Shown here piece by piece: positions 1-10,545 of a stretch of DNA of 64,000 bases. Source of the stretch: Methanobacteriota archaeon (lineage in GTDB: Archaea > Thermoplasmatota > Poseidoniia > Poseidoniales > Thalassarchaeaceae); contig PSPX01000003.1 in the NCBI GenBank assembly GCA_004195715.1, positions 5,232-69,231 on the forward strand, written 5' to 3'. Position numbers and translations under genes: made by a program. Numbering within the stretch: the first letter of the stretch is position 1; every line of letters begins with the position of its first letter. The notes under the pieces are model-generated. The model did not search any database and was not told where the DNA came from. It saw only the letters and a program-made list of their open reading frames with translations.

Positions 1-1386
1 CTCGTCGACTGCCTCGACGTATGGAACGCCGAGACTGTCCAGTATGTTCCTGAGATAGTTCTCGGTGGCAGCCCAGTTCTCGGGCTGGTCGATGTACTTC
101 TCGGAGTTGGCAGGGTCCCAAAGAGAGAGCCGGAAGTGGTAACTCTCGAAGCCGAAGGCAGCATAGTAGTCTTGCACCATTCTGATATTGTCAGCGAATT
201 CTTGCGCCACTTGATCGAGGGTGCAGTAGATGTGAGCGTCGTTCATTGACAGCATCCTGACGCGCAGTAGCCCGGTGAGAGTTCCAGAGAGTTCGTTGCG
301 GTAGACAGTACCGTACTCGGCGATGCGCAGAGGAAGATCGCGGTAGGAACGTTTCTTGTTGCGGTATACGAGGTGATGCATCGGGCAATTCATTGCCTTC
401 AGGTAGTACGTCCCATCGTCCATTTCCATCGGAGGATACATTGAGTCGGCGTAGTGCGGCAGGTGCCCACTGGCCTCAAACAGCTGCTGCTTGGCGAGAA
501 CGGGGGTAGTCACCCTGACGTAGCCGTAGGCTTCCTCGGTCTCGACCGCGAAACGCTCAATCTCAGACTTGATGGTTTCACCGTTCGGTAACCACACCGG
601 TAACCCCTTGCCGATGAGTTCGTCAATCATATAGAGATCCATTTCCTTGCCAATTTTCTTGTGGTCGCGCTTGGCCGCCTCTTCCAGTTGGCGCACCCTC
701 TCCTGCAACGCCTCTTTGTTCGGGTAGCACATACCGTAGATCCGAACGAGGGACTCGCGCTTGCTGTCGGCCCTCCAGTAGGCTTGACTGGTGCTGGACA
801 ACCTGAACCAGCGCAGATGCGAGGTGCTGGGTACGTGCGGGCCACGGCACAAATCGACGAAGTCGCCCTGACGGTAAGCAGACGAACCTACGTCGTGACC
901 AATCTTGTCGTCCATTATCTCAAGTTTGAACGGGTTCGATGCGAACATCTCGCGCAACACGTCGTTGCCGTGATCTTCACGGATGATTGCATGGTTGGCC
1001 CGAACGTGCTCACTCATCTTCTTCTCAATCGCCCTGAGTTCCTCGTCACCAATCGGGTCCATGTGGAAGTCGTAGTAGAAGCCAGTCTCAATCGGTGGGC
1101 CAATGGTCGGCTTGGCATCAGGAAACAGTTCAGTCACGGCCTGGGCTAGCAGGTGAGCGCAAGAGTGACGCAGGATGTACAGGCCCTCATCGGAGGTCCC
1201 GGCGATGGTCTCGACTCCACAATTGGAATCGAGGATATGTGAAAAGTCCCGCTCGCTGCCGTCGACCAGGGCGGCAACGGCACCGGACTTCTTGCCGTGG
1301 ACATTCACGACGACCTCGCCGACTGTGACTCCTGAGGCGTACTCATGGACGCCCGCAGCGCCGACATCAACCGAAATCATCGCCAT
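1..1386 (-). CDS. thrS: Threonyl-tRNA synthetase, bacterial-type. Partial: the 3' end lies beyond window position 1.
   Basis: I translated the minus strand by hand from ATG at 1386 (complement). The product starts MAMISVDVGAAGV...GVTVGEV (TGS-like N-terminus), then RHSCAHLLAQAV (HxxxH of the ThrRS/AlaRS second additional domain), then a class II core (YGTVYRNELSG, RVRMLSMNDAHIY). The ORF track omits it because it runs off the window edge. Confidence 0.85.
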   Translation of the reverse strand, partial: MAMISVDVGAAGVHEYASGVTVGEVVVNVHGKKSGAVAALVDGSERDFSHILDSNCGVETIAGTSDEGLYILRHSCAHLLAQAVTELFPDAKPTIGPPIETGFYYDFHMDPIGDEELRAIEKKMSEHVRANHAIIREDHGNDVLREMFASNPFKLEIMDDKIGHDVGSSAYRQGDFVDLCRGPHVPSTSHLRWFRLSSTSQAYWRADSKRESLVRIYGMCYPNKEALQERVRQLEEAAKRDHKKIGKEMDLYMIDELIGKGLPVWLPNGETIKSEIERFAVETEEAYGYVRVTTPVLAKQQLFEASGHLPHYADSMYPPMEMDDGTYYLKAMNCPMHHLVYRNKKRSYRDLPLRIAEYGTVYRNELSGTLTGLLRVRMLSMNDAHIYCTLDQVAQEFADNIRMVQDYYAAFGFESYHFRLSLWDPANSEKYIDQPENWAATENYLRNILDSLGVPYVEAVDE

Positions 1387-1461
1387 CTAAGGTGTCCTCA
1401 GCGTGTTGGCGAAGCACATTGGATATGAAGCCAATCGCGAAAAACAGGCCGTAGGCCTGAA

Positions 1462-2370
1462 TCATTCGAGTACGAATTGAGTACCAGCGGTGCCAGCGAC
1501 CATGCCCTGCATGTCCGTGAGGGACCCTATCACCGCTCTGCCACCTGAGCGGCGCACGAAGCCGCAGGCAGCCTCCACCTTGGGCCTCATCGAACCCTCT
1601 TCAAACTCGTACTGCTCTATCTGCTCGGGTGTAACCCTCTCGATCCTGCGAGCATCTTCAGTCCCCCAGTCGAGGTAGACGCCATCGGTGTCAGTAGCGA
1701 GGATGAGCAGACCCGCGTCGAGCTCGAAGGCGAGCAGCGCGCTGGCCCTGTCCTTGTCAACCACCACCTCGACACCCTCTAGCGTCCCGTCCGGCTTGTA
1801 CACAGTCGGTATGCCACCGCCGCCAGCGCAAATTACGGTGGTGCCGTTCTCGAGCAGCCAGTGAATCGGTCTCATCTCGAAGATCCTCTGAGGCTCAGGG
1901 GATGCCACCACTCTCCTCCAATACTCGCCGTCGGGAGCAACGCTCCACCCCTTCTGTTTGGCCAGTGTCTTAGCCTCCTGCTCGCTGTAAACTGGACCTA
2001 TCGGCTTGGTCGGGTTGTCGAAGGCAGGATCCTCAGGATCGACTTCCACCATGGTCAGGATGGTCGCTAACGGCTCTTCCATCGGAAGCAGGTTGCCGAG
2101 TTCTTGTTCAATCATGTAGCCAATCATCCCCTCGGTCTGGGCCCCTAGGATGTCGAGCGGATACTCCTCGACTTCCTCGTAGGCCGCCGACTGCAATGAC
2201 AGCAGCCCGACCTGTGGGCCGTTGCCGTGAGAGATGACAAGCTGGTAGTCGTGTGCCAGTGGAGCTAACGCCTCGGCGGCTATCGCTACGTTGCGGCGCT
2301 GGTTCTCAGCCGTCAGTGGCTGACCGCGCTTCAGAAGTGCATTGCCTCCAAGCGCCACTACGACCCTCAT
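1462..2370 (-). CDS. arcC: Carbamate kinase
   Basis: 302 aa. N-terminus [13 protein letters not shown]...HGNGPQVG and the C-terminal half match the carbamate kinase / amino-acid kinase fold. Confidence 0.85.
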   Translation of the reverse strand: MRVVVALGGNALLKRGQPLTAENQRRNVAIAAEALAPLAHDYQLVISHGNGPQVGLLSLQSAAYEEVEEYPLDILGAQTEGMIGYMIEQELGNLLPMEEPLATILTMVEVDPEDPAFDNPTKPIGPVYSEQEAKTLAKQKGWSVAPDGEYWRRVVASPEPQRIFEMRPIHWLLENGTTVICAGGGGIPTVYKPDGTLEGVEVVVDKDRASALLAFELDAGLLILATDTDGVYLDWGTEDARRIERVTPEQIEQYEFEEGSMRPKVEAACGFVRRSGGRAVIGSLTDMQGMVAGTAGTQFVLE

Positions 2371-2417
2371 GAGTCCGGCGCGGAAGCGTGAAGCGATAAG
2401 AACACACGCCCTTTGGC

Positions 2418-3572
2418 ATGTCCATGGTGCGTCTTGGGCTGTTGGTTAATCCCGACGCCGGCCTCGGCGGCAGGCTGGGTCTGAAGGGCTCAGACGGTCA
2501 GGCCGAGTTGGCACGATCCATGGGGGCCGAGGACCGCTCAGGACCTCGACTGACCTTGATGCTTGAGCACTTCTCCAAGCTCCACAGAGCCAGCTTCGAT
2601 GACATCGAATGGCTGACTAGTGAGGGCAGTATGGGCACCGATTGGCTCCCTAAGGGAGCCAAAATCGGCTCTATCAGCACAGTTCACTCGGCTTCAGGTG
2701 GCACTTCCGCGTCCGACACCACCGCAGCGGTGGCGGCTCTTCTCGAGGGCGACATCGACCTGCTGGTCTACGCTGGCGGCGACGGCACCACGCGCGACAT
2801 CGTCGCCGCATTGGAGTCGACCGGTCATTCGAAGACCCCCGTAATCGGGGTCCCAACCGGAGTCAAGATGCACTCCGGCTGCTTTGCCGCCTCCCCGAGG
2901 GCCGCTGCAGAGGTACTTTCTGCATGGCTCAACGACGATTTGCTGCTGGCTAGTACCGAGGTGTTGGACCTCGACGAGGAGCGCTATCGGAAGGGCGAGT
3001 GGGTAGTGCAGTTGTACGCCGAGGCGATGACACCCGCCAGCCCGCGCTGGATGCAGGGTTCTAAGCAACGGATCGAGGCTACCGGTGAGGAGGACACCAC
3101 AGAAGGTCTGGCCGACCACATTGGAGAACTCATCATCAATGACGAGAGACTCGTCATCTGGGGATCGGGAGGGACATTACGGGCCATCGGAGAGATGAAC
3201 GGCTTTGAGATGACCAATCTCGGTATCGACGCTACTAGAGGCACAGAACAGGTCGGGATCGACCTAGATGAAGCAGGTCTGCTGAAGATTCTCTCATCAC
3301 ACACAGGATCGATCAAACTACTGCTTTCCCCTATGGGAGGCCAAGGGTTCCTGATTGGCAGAGGTAACCTGCAACTTTCCCCGGAGGTCCTGCGTGCGAT
3401 CGGCATAGACAATATACTCGGGGTTGTGACTCCAGCCAAACTGTTGACTGTCAGGAAACTACGCATCGAAACCGGTGATGCCGAACTCGATGAGGAGTTC
3501 GCGGCTAAGCGCTACATGAAGGTCCTACAGGGTTACAGGACCACCAGAGTCCTGCCGGTGTCAGTTGACTAG
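2418..3572 (+). CDS. ATP-NAD kinase family protein (COG3199-like, GGDGT motif)
   Basis: 384 aa. Contains [15 protein letters not shown], the GGDG motif of the NAD kinase / diacylglycerol kinase catalytic fold. The short antisense ORFs in this span are spurious. Confidence 0.55.
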   Translation: MSMVRLGLLVNPDAGLGGRLGLKGSDGQAELARSMGAEDRSGPRLTLMLEHFSKLHRASFDDIEWLTSEGSMGTDWLPKGAKIGSISTVHSASGGTSASDTTAAVAALLEGDIDLLVYAGGDGTTRDIVAALESTGHSKTPVIGVPTGVKMHSGCFAASPRAAAEVLSAWLNDDLLLASTEVLDLDEERYRKGEWVVQLYAEAMTPASPRWMQGSKQRIEATGEEDTTEGLADHIGELIINDERLVIWGSGGTLRAIGEMNGFEMTNLGIDATRGTEQVGIDLDEAGLLKILSSHTGSIKLLLSPMGGQGFLIGRGNLQLSPEVLRAIGIDNILGVVTPAKLLTVRKLRIETGDAELDEEFAAKRYMKVLQGYRTTRVLPVSVD

Positions 3573-5224
3573 ATTTCCAGTCCACATGCCGCCTTCATCA
3601 GACCGAGGAAAGGCGGGCTGGGTCTGCCCGGGCGCGATTTGAACTCGGGATGGTACTGGGTCCCGACAAAATAGGGGTGCTCGTCGAGTTCCATTATCTC
3701 GCAGCGCTGTCCAGTCTCGTCCTTGCCCACATACCTCAGGCCGGCACTTTCAATCTGCTCGATTAGTTCGGGATTGACCTCGTAGCGGTGGCGGTGGCGC
3801 TCATCTACGTGATCGGCGCCGCCATACAGCCGACGCATCTTGCAGTCATCAACGAGGAACGGAGTGGGTTTTGTCCCCAGACGCATGGTGCCTCCCATAT
3901 GGGTCTTGGAAATCTCCGGCATGAAAACTACAGCCTGGTGAGGGGTGTCTTCGTCAAACTCTGTTGAGTTCGCTCCTTCCATCCCGAGGACGTTGCGGCA
4001 GAACTCGATGGTAGCTACCTGTAGACCTAGGCAGACTCCGAGGTACGGCACCAAGTTCTTCCTTGCGAACTCGGCGGCCTTGATCTTGCCTTCTATCCCT
4101 CTGACTCCGAACCCCCCGGGGACAAGAATGCCGTTTGCACCTCTGAGGAGTTCCCATGCCCCCGCGTGGGCCCTGGGGTCGGAGGCAGCAGTTGCATCAT
4201 CTAGGTCGGCTGATTCTATCCAGTCGATGACGAGCTTTCGATTGACTGCATAGGAAGAGTGCTGCAGGGCCTTGATGACGCTCAGGTACGAGTCCGACAG
4301 GCCGGTGTATTTCCCCACCATAGCGATGTGAACCTCCTCCTCGACGTTGTCAACGCGGTCTGCCATCGCCTTCCACTCAGCGAGCAGAGGACGTTCTGCG
4401 ACTAACTCGAAGCCGAAGCACTCGGCTAATACTTCACTGACACCCTGTTCCTCAAACATGAGAGGAACTCGGTAAATGTTCGAGGAGTCGTGAGCGGACA
4501 CCACTGCCTCTTTGGAGACATGACAGAACTCGGCGAGTTTCGAACGCGTATCATCGTGCAGTGGGTTTGCCGATCTGCAAACGAGTATGTCGGGGATGAT
4601 TCCTAGCCCGCGCAATTCCTTCACGGTGTGCTGAGTCGGTTTGGTTTTCTGTTCACCGACCGGCCCCATCACAGGGACCAGACTGACATGGACGAAGCAG
4701 ATGTTATCCCTGCCAACTCTGAACTGAAACTGTCTGAGAGCTTCGATGAAAGGAGCACTTTCGATGTCGCCAACAGTCCCCCCTAACTCTATCACACAGG
4801 CGTCGGGAGTACCGTTGTTACCATCACTAGACTGGTGCGCGACCCTCTCAATCCACTCCTGAATCTCATCGGTGATGTGGGGGATAACTTGTACGGTCTT
4901 GCCGAGATAGTCGCCCCTCCGTTCGCGCTCGATTACGGTGGAGTACACCTTACCTGTGGTGATGTTGTTGTCCCTTGTCAGAGCTATGTCTAGGAATCTC
5001 TCGTAGTTACCTAGGTCTAAGTCAACTTCTCCCCCGTCATCGAGCACGAATACCTCCCCGTGCTCGAACGGACTCATGGTCCCAGCATCGATATTGAGAT
5101 AGGGATCTATCTTCACCGAAGTGACGCGCAGTCCAGCGGATTTGAGCAGGACGCCTATGCTGCTCGCAGTGACTCCCTTACCGAGTCCTGACAGCACACC
5201 TCCCGTGACCACGACATATTTCAT
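3569..5224 (-). CDS. pyrG: CTP synthase
   Basis: 551 aa. [25 protein letters not shown]-terminal synthetase domain, and a C-terminal glutamine amidotransferase with GVCLGLQ. Confidence 0.95.
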   Translation of the reverse strand: MKYVVVTGGVLSGLGKGVTASSIGVLLKSAGLRVTSVKIDPYLNIDAGTMSPFEHGEVFVLDDGGEVDLDLGNYERFLDIALTRDNNITTGKVYSTVIERERRGDYLGKTVQVIPHITDEIQEWIERVAHQSSDGNNGTPDACVIELGGTVGDIESAPFIEALRQFQFRVGRDNICFVHVSLVPVMGPVGEQKTKPTQHTVKELRGLGIIPDILVCRSANPLHDDTRSKLAEFCHVSKEAVVSAHDSSNIYRVPLMFEEQGVSEVLAECFGFELVAERPLLAEWKAMADRVDNVEEEVHIAMVGKYTGLSDSYLSVIKALQHSSYAVNRKLVIDWIESADLDDATAASDPRAHAGAWELLRGANGILVPGGFGVRGIEGKIKAAEFARKNLVPYLGVCLGLQVATIEFCRNVLGMEGANSTEFDEDTPHQAVVFMPEISKTHMGGTMRLGTKPTPFLVDDCKMRRLYGGADHVDERHRHRYEVNPELIEQIESAGLRYVGKDETGQRCEIMELDEHPYFVGTQYHPEFKSRPGRPSPPFLGLMKAACGLEI

Positions 5225-5332
5225 GCAATCAACGGGGTTTGAAGCCGTTGAGCCTCACATATCAAGGTTGGCTATGCGACTCGGTGGCCCGAACTACTCC
5301 ATGTTCAAGTATCGTCTGAATAACCGGAGTGC

Positions 5333-6292
5333 ATGGCCGAACCCCCCGGAGACAGAATTCTGGTAACCGGTGCTCTGGGGCAAATCGGAACTGATCTGGT
5401 TGGGGCCTTGAGGGATCGGCACGGTAGTGACTCGGTGATCGCCTCGGATGTTCGCGAGGTGCCTAGGCACCCATTGCTTGAGGACGGTCCGTTCCGATTA
5501 CTCAGCGTACTAGACGGAGATGGCATGGACTCGATGGTAAGGGAGGAGGAAGTCGGTGAGATATACCACCTCGCTGCGATTCTTTCGGCCACCGGAGAGA
5601 AGAAACCTGAACTGTGCCAGAGGGTCAACGTCGGCGGCACCATCACCGTGTTGGAGACCGCCAAGGAACACGGCCTGAGAGTATTCTCACCGTCTTCGAT
5701 AGCGGTCTTCGGCCCCGACGCTCCGAGAACCGCTCCGCAAGTGACGCCACTCAATCCTACCACCACCTACGGCATGACCAAAGTCACTGGGGAGATGATG
5801 GCACTGAACTACTGGAAGCAGTACGGCGTGGACGCCCGAGGAATTCGGTACCCAGGTTTGATTTCTTGGAAATCACCACCTGGAGGGGGGACTACCGATT
5901 ATGCAGTAGAGATCTTCCATGCCGCACTCAATGAGAGGCATTACGACTGCTTCGTTGGCCCCGATACGAGACTTCCCATGATGTACATCGACGATGCCAT
6001 CAGGGGTACGATAGAACTGATGGAGGCCCCCACTGAATCTATTGGACCGTCTAGGGGCGGATACAACCTCTCTGGGATGTCTTTCACCGCTGGGGATCTG
6101 GCTAATGCGATATCGGAGAGAGTGGATGGCTTCACCTGCGAGTTCAAGCCCGACGAGCGCCAACAGTACGCCGACTCATGGCCCGATGATGTTGACGATT
6201 CGACAGCCCGTGAGGATTGGGGCTGGAAAGCTGAATACGACTTGGGTCGAATGGTCAACGAGATGTTGGACAGACTGAATGATCAGTCCTGA
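5333..6292 (+). CDS. tdh: SDR-type NAD-dependent L-threonine 3-dehydrogenase (UDP-glucose-4-epimerase-like family)
   Basis: 319 aa. GALGQIG Rossmann motif, YGMTK catalytic YxxxK, and a C-terminal ...ADSWPDDVDDSTAREDWGW motif typical of short-chain TDH. Confidence 0.6.
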   Translation: MAEPPGDRILVTGALGQIGTDLVGALRDRHGSDSVIASDVREVPRHPLLEDGPFRLLSVLDGDGMDSMVREEEVGEIYHLAAILSATGEKKPELCQRVNVGGTITVLETAKEHGLRVFSPSSIAVFGPDAPRTAPQVTPLNPTTTYGMTKVTGEMMALNYWKQYGVDARGIRYPGLISWKSPPGGGTTDYAVEIFHAALNERHYDCFVGPDTRLPMMYIDDAIRGTIELMEAPTESIGPSRGGYNLSGMSFTAGDLANAISERVDGFTCEFKPDERQQYADSWPDDVDDSTAREDWGWKAEYDLGRMVNEMLDRLNDQS

Positions 6293-7896
6293 TCCTCCAT
6301 CTCACTCTGCCAGTCAGGAGTCTGAGCGTCTTGCTTGGCCCAGAGCACATCATCAATCCTCAGCACGCTGTTGGCAGCCTCGGTGGCTCCCGCAAGAGCA
6401 TGGTGAGCGACGAACAGTGGGTCGAATACTCCGACCTTATCCATTCTCACCTTATTCCCTGACGCCACATCCATCCCTATCCACGCACCTTCCTCAGCGG
6501 ATTCAGTCTGGGCTGCAGACAACTCGAGAATCTCATCTATTGGGTCGAGTCCGGAGTTCTCGGCGAGAGTTCTAGGCACAATCTCGAGAGCAGCCGCGAA
6601 AGCCTCTATGGCTAACTGTTCACGACCGGCCTGACTTGGAGCGAAGGCTCGCAGATGCCGAGCTAAGTGTGTCTGAGTAGCACCTCCTCCAGGTAGCATG
6701 CGTGAGTCGATTGAGAGTCTGTGGGCAACCCCTAGGGCGTCGTCAAAGGTACGCTTGACCTCTTCTCTGACAGAAGGAGAGGAACCCCGTATCAGAATCG
6801 TAACCGCTCCTCCTTCGGGACCTTCGATGTGAGTGTGCTTGACTCCAGAGTAGGAACACTCCGAGCGGGAACTGTAAGTGCCGATGTCCTTGTCTTTTAC
6901 CCTCTTGGCGTCGCGGACCATCACAGAGCCGGTGATTCTTGCCAATCTCTCAAGGTCCTCGCGATCGTAACGCCGGTACGCCGTGATACCGGCATCGGTC
7001 AGCATGGTCGTAGCGTCTTCGGCGATACCGTCGCGGACTATTAGAAGGTCGACACCGAGTGAGACCAGAAGATCGACCTGCTCACGCATGCGCTCCCTAG
7101 CCCGCTCGTGAAATCCTCTCAATGCATCCGTACTGGTGACTTCGATTGAGGCCTCGAAATCAAGTTTGGGACTCTCCATACCTCCATCGATGATGGCTAT
7201 CCGGCCTCCGTCGGATTCGGCCACTGATGCCATGTCCATCCTTGATTTAGGTAGAACGAGGCCGTGTATGACCTCAGAGTCCAACACACCACCGTCCTTG
7301 ATTAGTAGACGTTTCACCCGTAACCTCTCGAGATCTTGGCCACCGTTTTCGCCGGCGAGTGCCTCAGCGGCCTCGATAGCCAACTCCGTCAGGTGTCGAC
7401 TGACAGATGAGTCGACCTTCCCCGAAATCGAAGTGGCTACAGCTGCACGCATCTCGAAACCATCCTTGGGAATGCGTGAGATTCTCTCCATCTCATCGAG
7501 CGCCTCTGCCAGAGCAATCTGATACCCGTTCATAATAATTGACGGGTGCACACCGGAGCGAACCAGCTCAAGTGCGTTCTGCAGCAACTCGGAGGTCAGG
7601 ATTACCGTGGTCGTGGTGCCATCGCGAGCAGCACGATCCTGAGCCGACGCGGTTGAAATCAACAGTCGAGCAGTAGGATGCTCCACTTTGGCAGTCTCCA
7701 GCACGGTGACGCCATCGTTGGTTATCGTCGTCGAACCACCGTCCTCCACCAACATCTTGTCCAGGCCGCGCGGACCGAGCGTCGAACGGACCGCTTCTGC
7801 AAGCGCAGATGCGGCCTTGACGTTGTCGACCAGAGCTGAGCGCCCGTGCAGGCGGTCGGTGTCCTCTAGGGTCACATCATGCTCTGACTCGACCAT
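6283..7896 (-). CDS. ths: Thermosome subunit (group II chaperonin)
   Basis: The ORF runs to 8037, but the conserved N-terminus (MVESEHD...NVKAASALAEAVRSTLGPRGLDKML) begins at Met48 (ATG complement at 7896). The length upstream of the ...RTTLGP motif matches Thermoplasma thermosome. Equatorial and apical domain motifs are present throughout. Confidence 0.9.
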   Translation of the reverse strand: MVESEHDVTLEDTDRLHGRSALVDNVKAASALAEAVRSTLGPRGLDKMLVEDGGSTTITNDGVTVLETAKVEHPTARLLISTASAQDRAARDGTTTTVILTSELLQNALELVRSGVHPSIIMNGYQIALAEALDEMERISRIPKDGFEMRAAVATSISGKVDSSVSRHLTELAIEAAEALAGENGGQDLERLRVKRLLIKDGGVLDSEVIHGLVLPKSRMDMASVAESDGGRIAIIDGGMESPKLDFEASIEVTSTDALRGFHERARERMREQVDLLVSLGVDLLIVRDGIAEDATTMLTDAGITAYRRYDREDLERLARITGSVMVRDAKRVKDKDIGTYSSRSECSYSGVKHTHIEGPEGGAVTILIRGSSPSVREEVKRTFDDALGVAHRLSIDSRMLPGGGATQTHLARHLRAFAPSQAGREQLAIEAFAAALEIVPRTLAENSGLDPIDEILELSAAQTESAEEGAWIGMDVASGNKVRMDKVGVFDPLFVAHHALAGATEAANSVLRIDDVLWAKQDAQTPDWQSEMEDQD

Positions 7897-8027
7897 GCTG
7901 AGTCGCCGAATGACAGTCTTGCTTTGAACCCGTCCGTTCGGCGCGACATAGCCCGATTCTCGTGCATGCGTGACCGTGCGGTTCATATACGGCAGTACTG
8001 TCGTACTATACAACCTCAGGTTGAGTA

Positions 8028-8636
8028 GTGGTATCAATGGCTGACAGCGAGCGTGATGAGTGGGCTGACGACATGTTCGCCGAGATGGCGAGGATGTTCG
8101 AGCAAATGGGGATGCCCATCGACGTCAAGGCGCTTGAGGAGATGATGAAGAAGGTCATGGATCAGTTTGAGCAGATGGGCATTGACCCTACCAAGATCTC
8201 TCACTCACAATTCAAGGTCGAATCCAACACTGATCCCGAAGAACTGCGTCGGATGATGGATTCGATGATGAACAGCCCTGGGGGATTCTCAGACTTGTTC
8301 AAGAAGATGGGCGTCAATATCGAGGTAGAGAGTTCAGTCGAGCAGGCGGAGGCAGAGGTAGAGGAGCCCGAAGAGCACGAGGTCTCAGATCTGCCTGACG
8401 AGGATGTCTATGTGCATGGCAACACAATGGCTGTCACCATAGACATCTCTAGGATCCTCGACGTCAGGTCCGAGGACATCGAACTTGTACTCAGTAGTGG
8501 CGGCGAGGTGCTGCAACTGATGAGGCGAACCCAAACACGGCCTCTCAAGCGCTTCATACTCCCAGATGCAGCGAACCAGATTCGTGAGTGGCAACTGAAC
8601 AACGGCATCCTAGACATTACATTCGATTTGGCATAG
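8028..8636 (+). CDS. Small heat-shock protein-like: Met-rich N-terminal region plus Hsp20/alpha-crystallin-like C-terminal domain
   Basis: 202 aa. The C-terminus ...VHGNTMAVTIDISRILDVRSEDIELVLSSGGEVLQLMRRTQTRPLKRFILPDAANQIREWQLNNGILDITFDL fits the Hsp20 ACD beta-strand pattern. The N-terminus is methionine-rich and amphipathic (MFAEMARMFEQMGMP...EEMMKKVMDQFEQMG...RRMMDSMMNS). It sits 15 bp upstream of dnaK. Confidence 0.55.
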   Translation: MVSMADSERDEWADDMFAEMARMFEQMGMPIDVKALEEMMKKVMDQFEQMGIDPTKISHSQFKVESNTDPEELRRMMDSMMNSPGGFSDLFKKMGVNIEVESSVEQAEAEVEEPEEHEVSDLPDEDVYVHGNTMAVTIDISRILDVRSEDIELVLSSGGEVLQLMRRTQTRPLKRFILPDAANQIREWQLNNGILDITFDLA

Positions 8637-8666
8637 AGCCGAACGGAATCATTGGAGGAATTGAAA

Positions 8667-10544
8667 ATGAGCGAACCAGTAATCGGAATTGACCTTGGAA
8701 CAACTAACAGCTGCGTTGCTACCCTTGAAGGCGGACAAGCAGTGATAATTCCGAACTCGGAGGGTTCCCGAACCACCCCCAGCGTTGTGGCCTTCACCAA
8801 GGATGGCGAGCGTCTGGTTGGCATCATCGCGAAGCGCCAAGCAGTCACCAACTCCGACAGGACCATACTCTCCGTCAAGAGGGAGATGGGGACTAAGTGG
8901 AATAAGAAAATCGATAATGACAAATACACACCTCAGGAGATCTCCGCATTCGTGCTTCAGAAGTTAAAGTCCGATGCTGAGGAGTACCTAGGCAAGGAAG
9001 TGAAACAGGCAGTTATCACCTGTCCGGCTTACTTCAATGACGCACAGAGGAAGGCCACTCAAGACGCTGGTAGAATCGCCGGCCTCGAGGTACTAAGAAT
9101 CATCAACGAGCCTACTGCGGCGGCACTCGCCTATGGTGTCGACAAGGAAGAGGACCAGACCATCCTTGTGTTCGACCTCGGAGGCGGTACCTTCGACGTG
9201 TCCATCCTCGAGATCTATCAGGTCGATGGACAACCCCAGATCGAGGTCAAGGCAACCAACGGTGACCCCAAACTCGGAGGGGACGACTTCGACAAGAAGG
9301 TGATTGACTGGATTGTCTCGGAATTCAAGAAGTCCTCAGGAATCGACCTCTCAAAGGACCTGCAGGCCATGAGCCGGCTGCGAGAAGCGGCCGAGAAGGC
9401 CAAGATAGAACTCTCAGGAACCAACTCGACACAGGTCAACCTGCCTTTCATCACCATGAGGGACGGTCAGCCGGAGCACCTCGACATGGCCCTTTCACGG
9501 GCCAAGTTCGATGACCTCACCGCCGACCTCATCAGGAAGACGATGGAGCCAACGCGTCTAGCTATGAAAGACGCTGGCGTCAAGGCCGGCGACATCGACA
9601 AAATCCTCCTAGTTGGTGGCAGCACTCGTATTCCCGCGGTCCAAGACGCCGTCGAGAAGGAGACCGGCAAACCCTCGTTCAAGGGAATCAACCCAGATGA
9701 GGCCGTCGCTGCTGGGGCTGCCCTACAGGCTGGAATCATCGTCGGCGACGAGGGAGTCACAGATGTCCTACTGCTGGATGTCTCTCCATTGACTCTTGGA
9801 ATCGAGACGCTTGGTGGTGTAATGACTACGATGATCGAGCGCAACACCACGATTCCAACACGTCGCTCGGAGACCTTCTCCACCGCTGCTGACAATCAGC
9901 CAGCAGTAGAGGTCCATGTGCTACAGGGTGAGCGCGAGTTCGCCAAGGACAACGCTACTCTCGGGCGCTTCCACTTGATGGGCATCCCATCGGCACCACG
10001 TGGTATCCCCCAGATCGAAGTTACCTTCGACATAGACGCCAATGGCATTGTCGATGTTTCCGCCAAAGACCTAGGAACGGGTACAGAGCAGTCAATCAAG
10101 ATTGAGAGTCAGACCTCTTTGTCCGAAGACGATATCAAGCAGAAGATCGATGAAGCATCACAGTTCGCCAAGCAGGATAAGCTGCGAAGGGCTGGCATTG
10201 AACTCATCAACTCGGCCGACAGTATTGTCTACCAAACCAAGCGGATGCTCGAGGACGCTGCTGAGAAAGTCAGCGACCTCGATGCCGATCCAGTCCACTC
10301 TAAACTCGATGAATTGAGGGCGCTGATAACCAAGGAGGACGGCGAGACTACCATAGATGTCGAGGACCTCGACGAGGCTGCTGTTCAAACCAAAATTAGT
10401 GAACTCGAGCAGGAGATGCACGGTATCTCGACCAAGCTGTACGAGGCTGCAGCCGCCGAGATGGCCGAGCAGCAGGACGGGGAAAGCGACGATGATATCG
10501 TCGAGGCCGACTTTGAGGTCGTTGATTCGGACGAAGACGAGTGA
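8667..10544 (+). CDS. dnaK: Hsp70 chaperone DnaK
   Basis: The ORF starts at 8652, but the canonical N-terminus [18 protein letters not shown] starts at ATG 8667, preceded by GGAGG at -8. Full NBD, SBD and acidic C-terminal tail are present. Confidence 0.95.
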   Translation: MSEPVIGIDLGTTNSCVATLEGGQAVIIPNSEGSRTTPSVVAFTKDGERLVGIIAKRQAVTNSDRTILSVKREMGTKWNKKIDNDKYTPQEISAFVLQKLKSDAEEYLGKEVKQAVITCPAYFNDAQRKATQDAGRIAGLEVLRIINEPTAAALAYGVDKEEDQTILVFDLGGGTFDVSILEIYQVDGQPQIEVKATNGDPKLGGDDFDKKVIDWIVSEFKKSSGIDLSKDLQAMSRLREAAEKAKIELSGTNSTQVNLPFITMRDGQPEHLDMALSRAKFDDLTADLIRKTMEPTRLAMKDAGVKAGDIDKILLVGGSTRIPAVQDAVEKETGKPSFKGINPDEAVAAGAALQAGIIVGDEGVTDVLLLDVSPLTLGIETLGGVMTTMIERNTTIPTRRSETFSTAADNQPAVEVHVLQGEREFAKDNATLGRFHLMGIPSAPRGIPQIEVTFDIDANGIVDVSAKDLGTGTEQSIKIESQTSLSEDDIKQKIDEASQFAKQDKLRRAGIELINSADSIVYQTKRMLEDAAEKVSDLDADPVHSKLDELRALITKEDGETTIDVEDLDEAAVQTKISELEQEMHGISTKLYEAAAAEMAEQQDGESDDDIVEADFEVVDSDEDE

Positions 10545-10545
10545 C

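Noticed and set aside
661-1390. Plus-strand ORFs (661..1149, 1095..1328, 1175..1390) in the first 1.4 kb
   Set aside because: They are antisense to a continuous minus-strand reading frame encoding a clear threonyl-tRNA synthetase that runs off the window edge. They are spurious GC-rich antisense ORFs.
2674-3466. Minus-strand ORFs inside the 2418..3572 gene (2694..3119, 2984..3466 and others)
   Set aside because: They are antisense to a protein-coding gene with a clear GGDGT kinase-fold motif. They show Arg/Ser/Pro-rich composition typical of GC-rich antisense frames.
5225-5332. Hairpin CAACGGggtttgaagCCGTTG in the pyrG/tdh divergent intergenic region
   Set aside because: It is a single short stem-loop in a divergent promoter region with no supporting repeat or conservation evidence, so it is not reported as a feature.
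7897-8037. N-terminal 47-aa extension of the thermosome ORF (start at 8037)
   Set aside because: The extension (MIPLLNLRLYSTTVLPYMNRTV...) has no counterpart in thermosomes and would overlap the sHSP-like gene start. The conserved N-terminus begins at the internal Met (7896).
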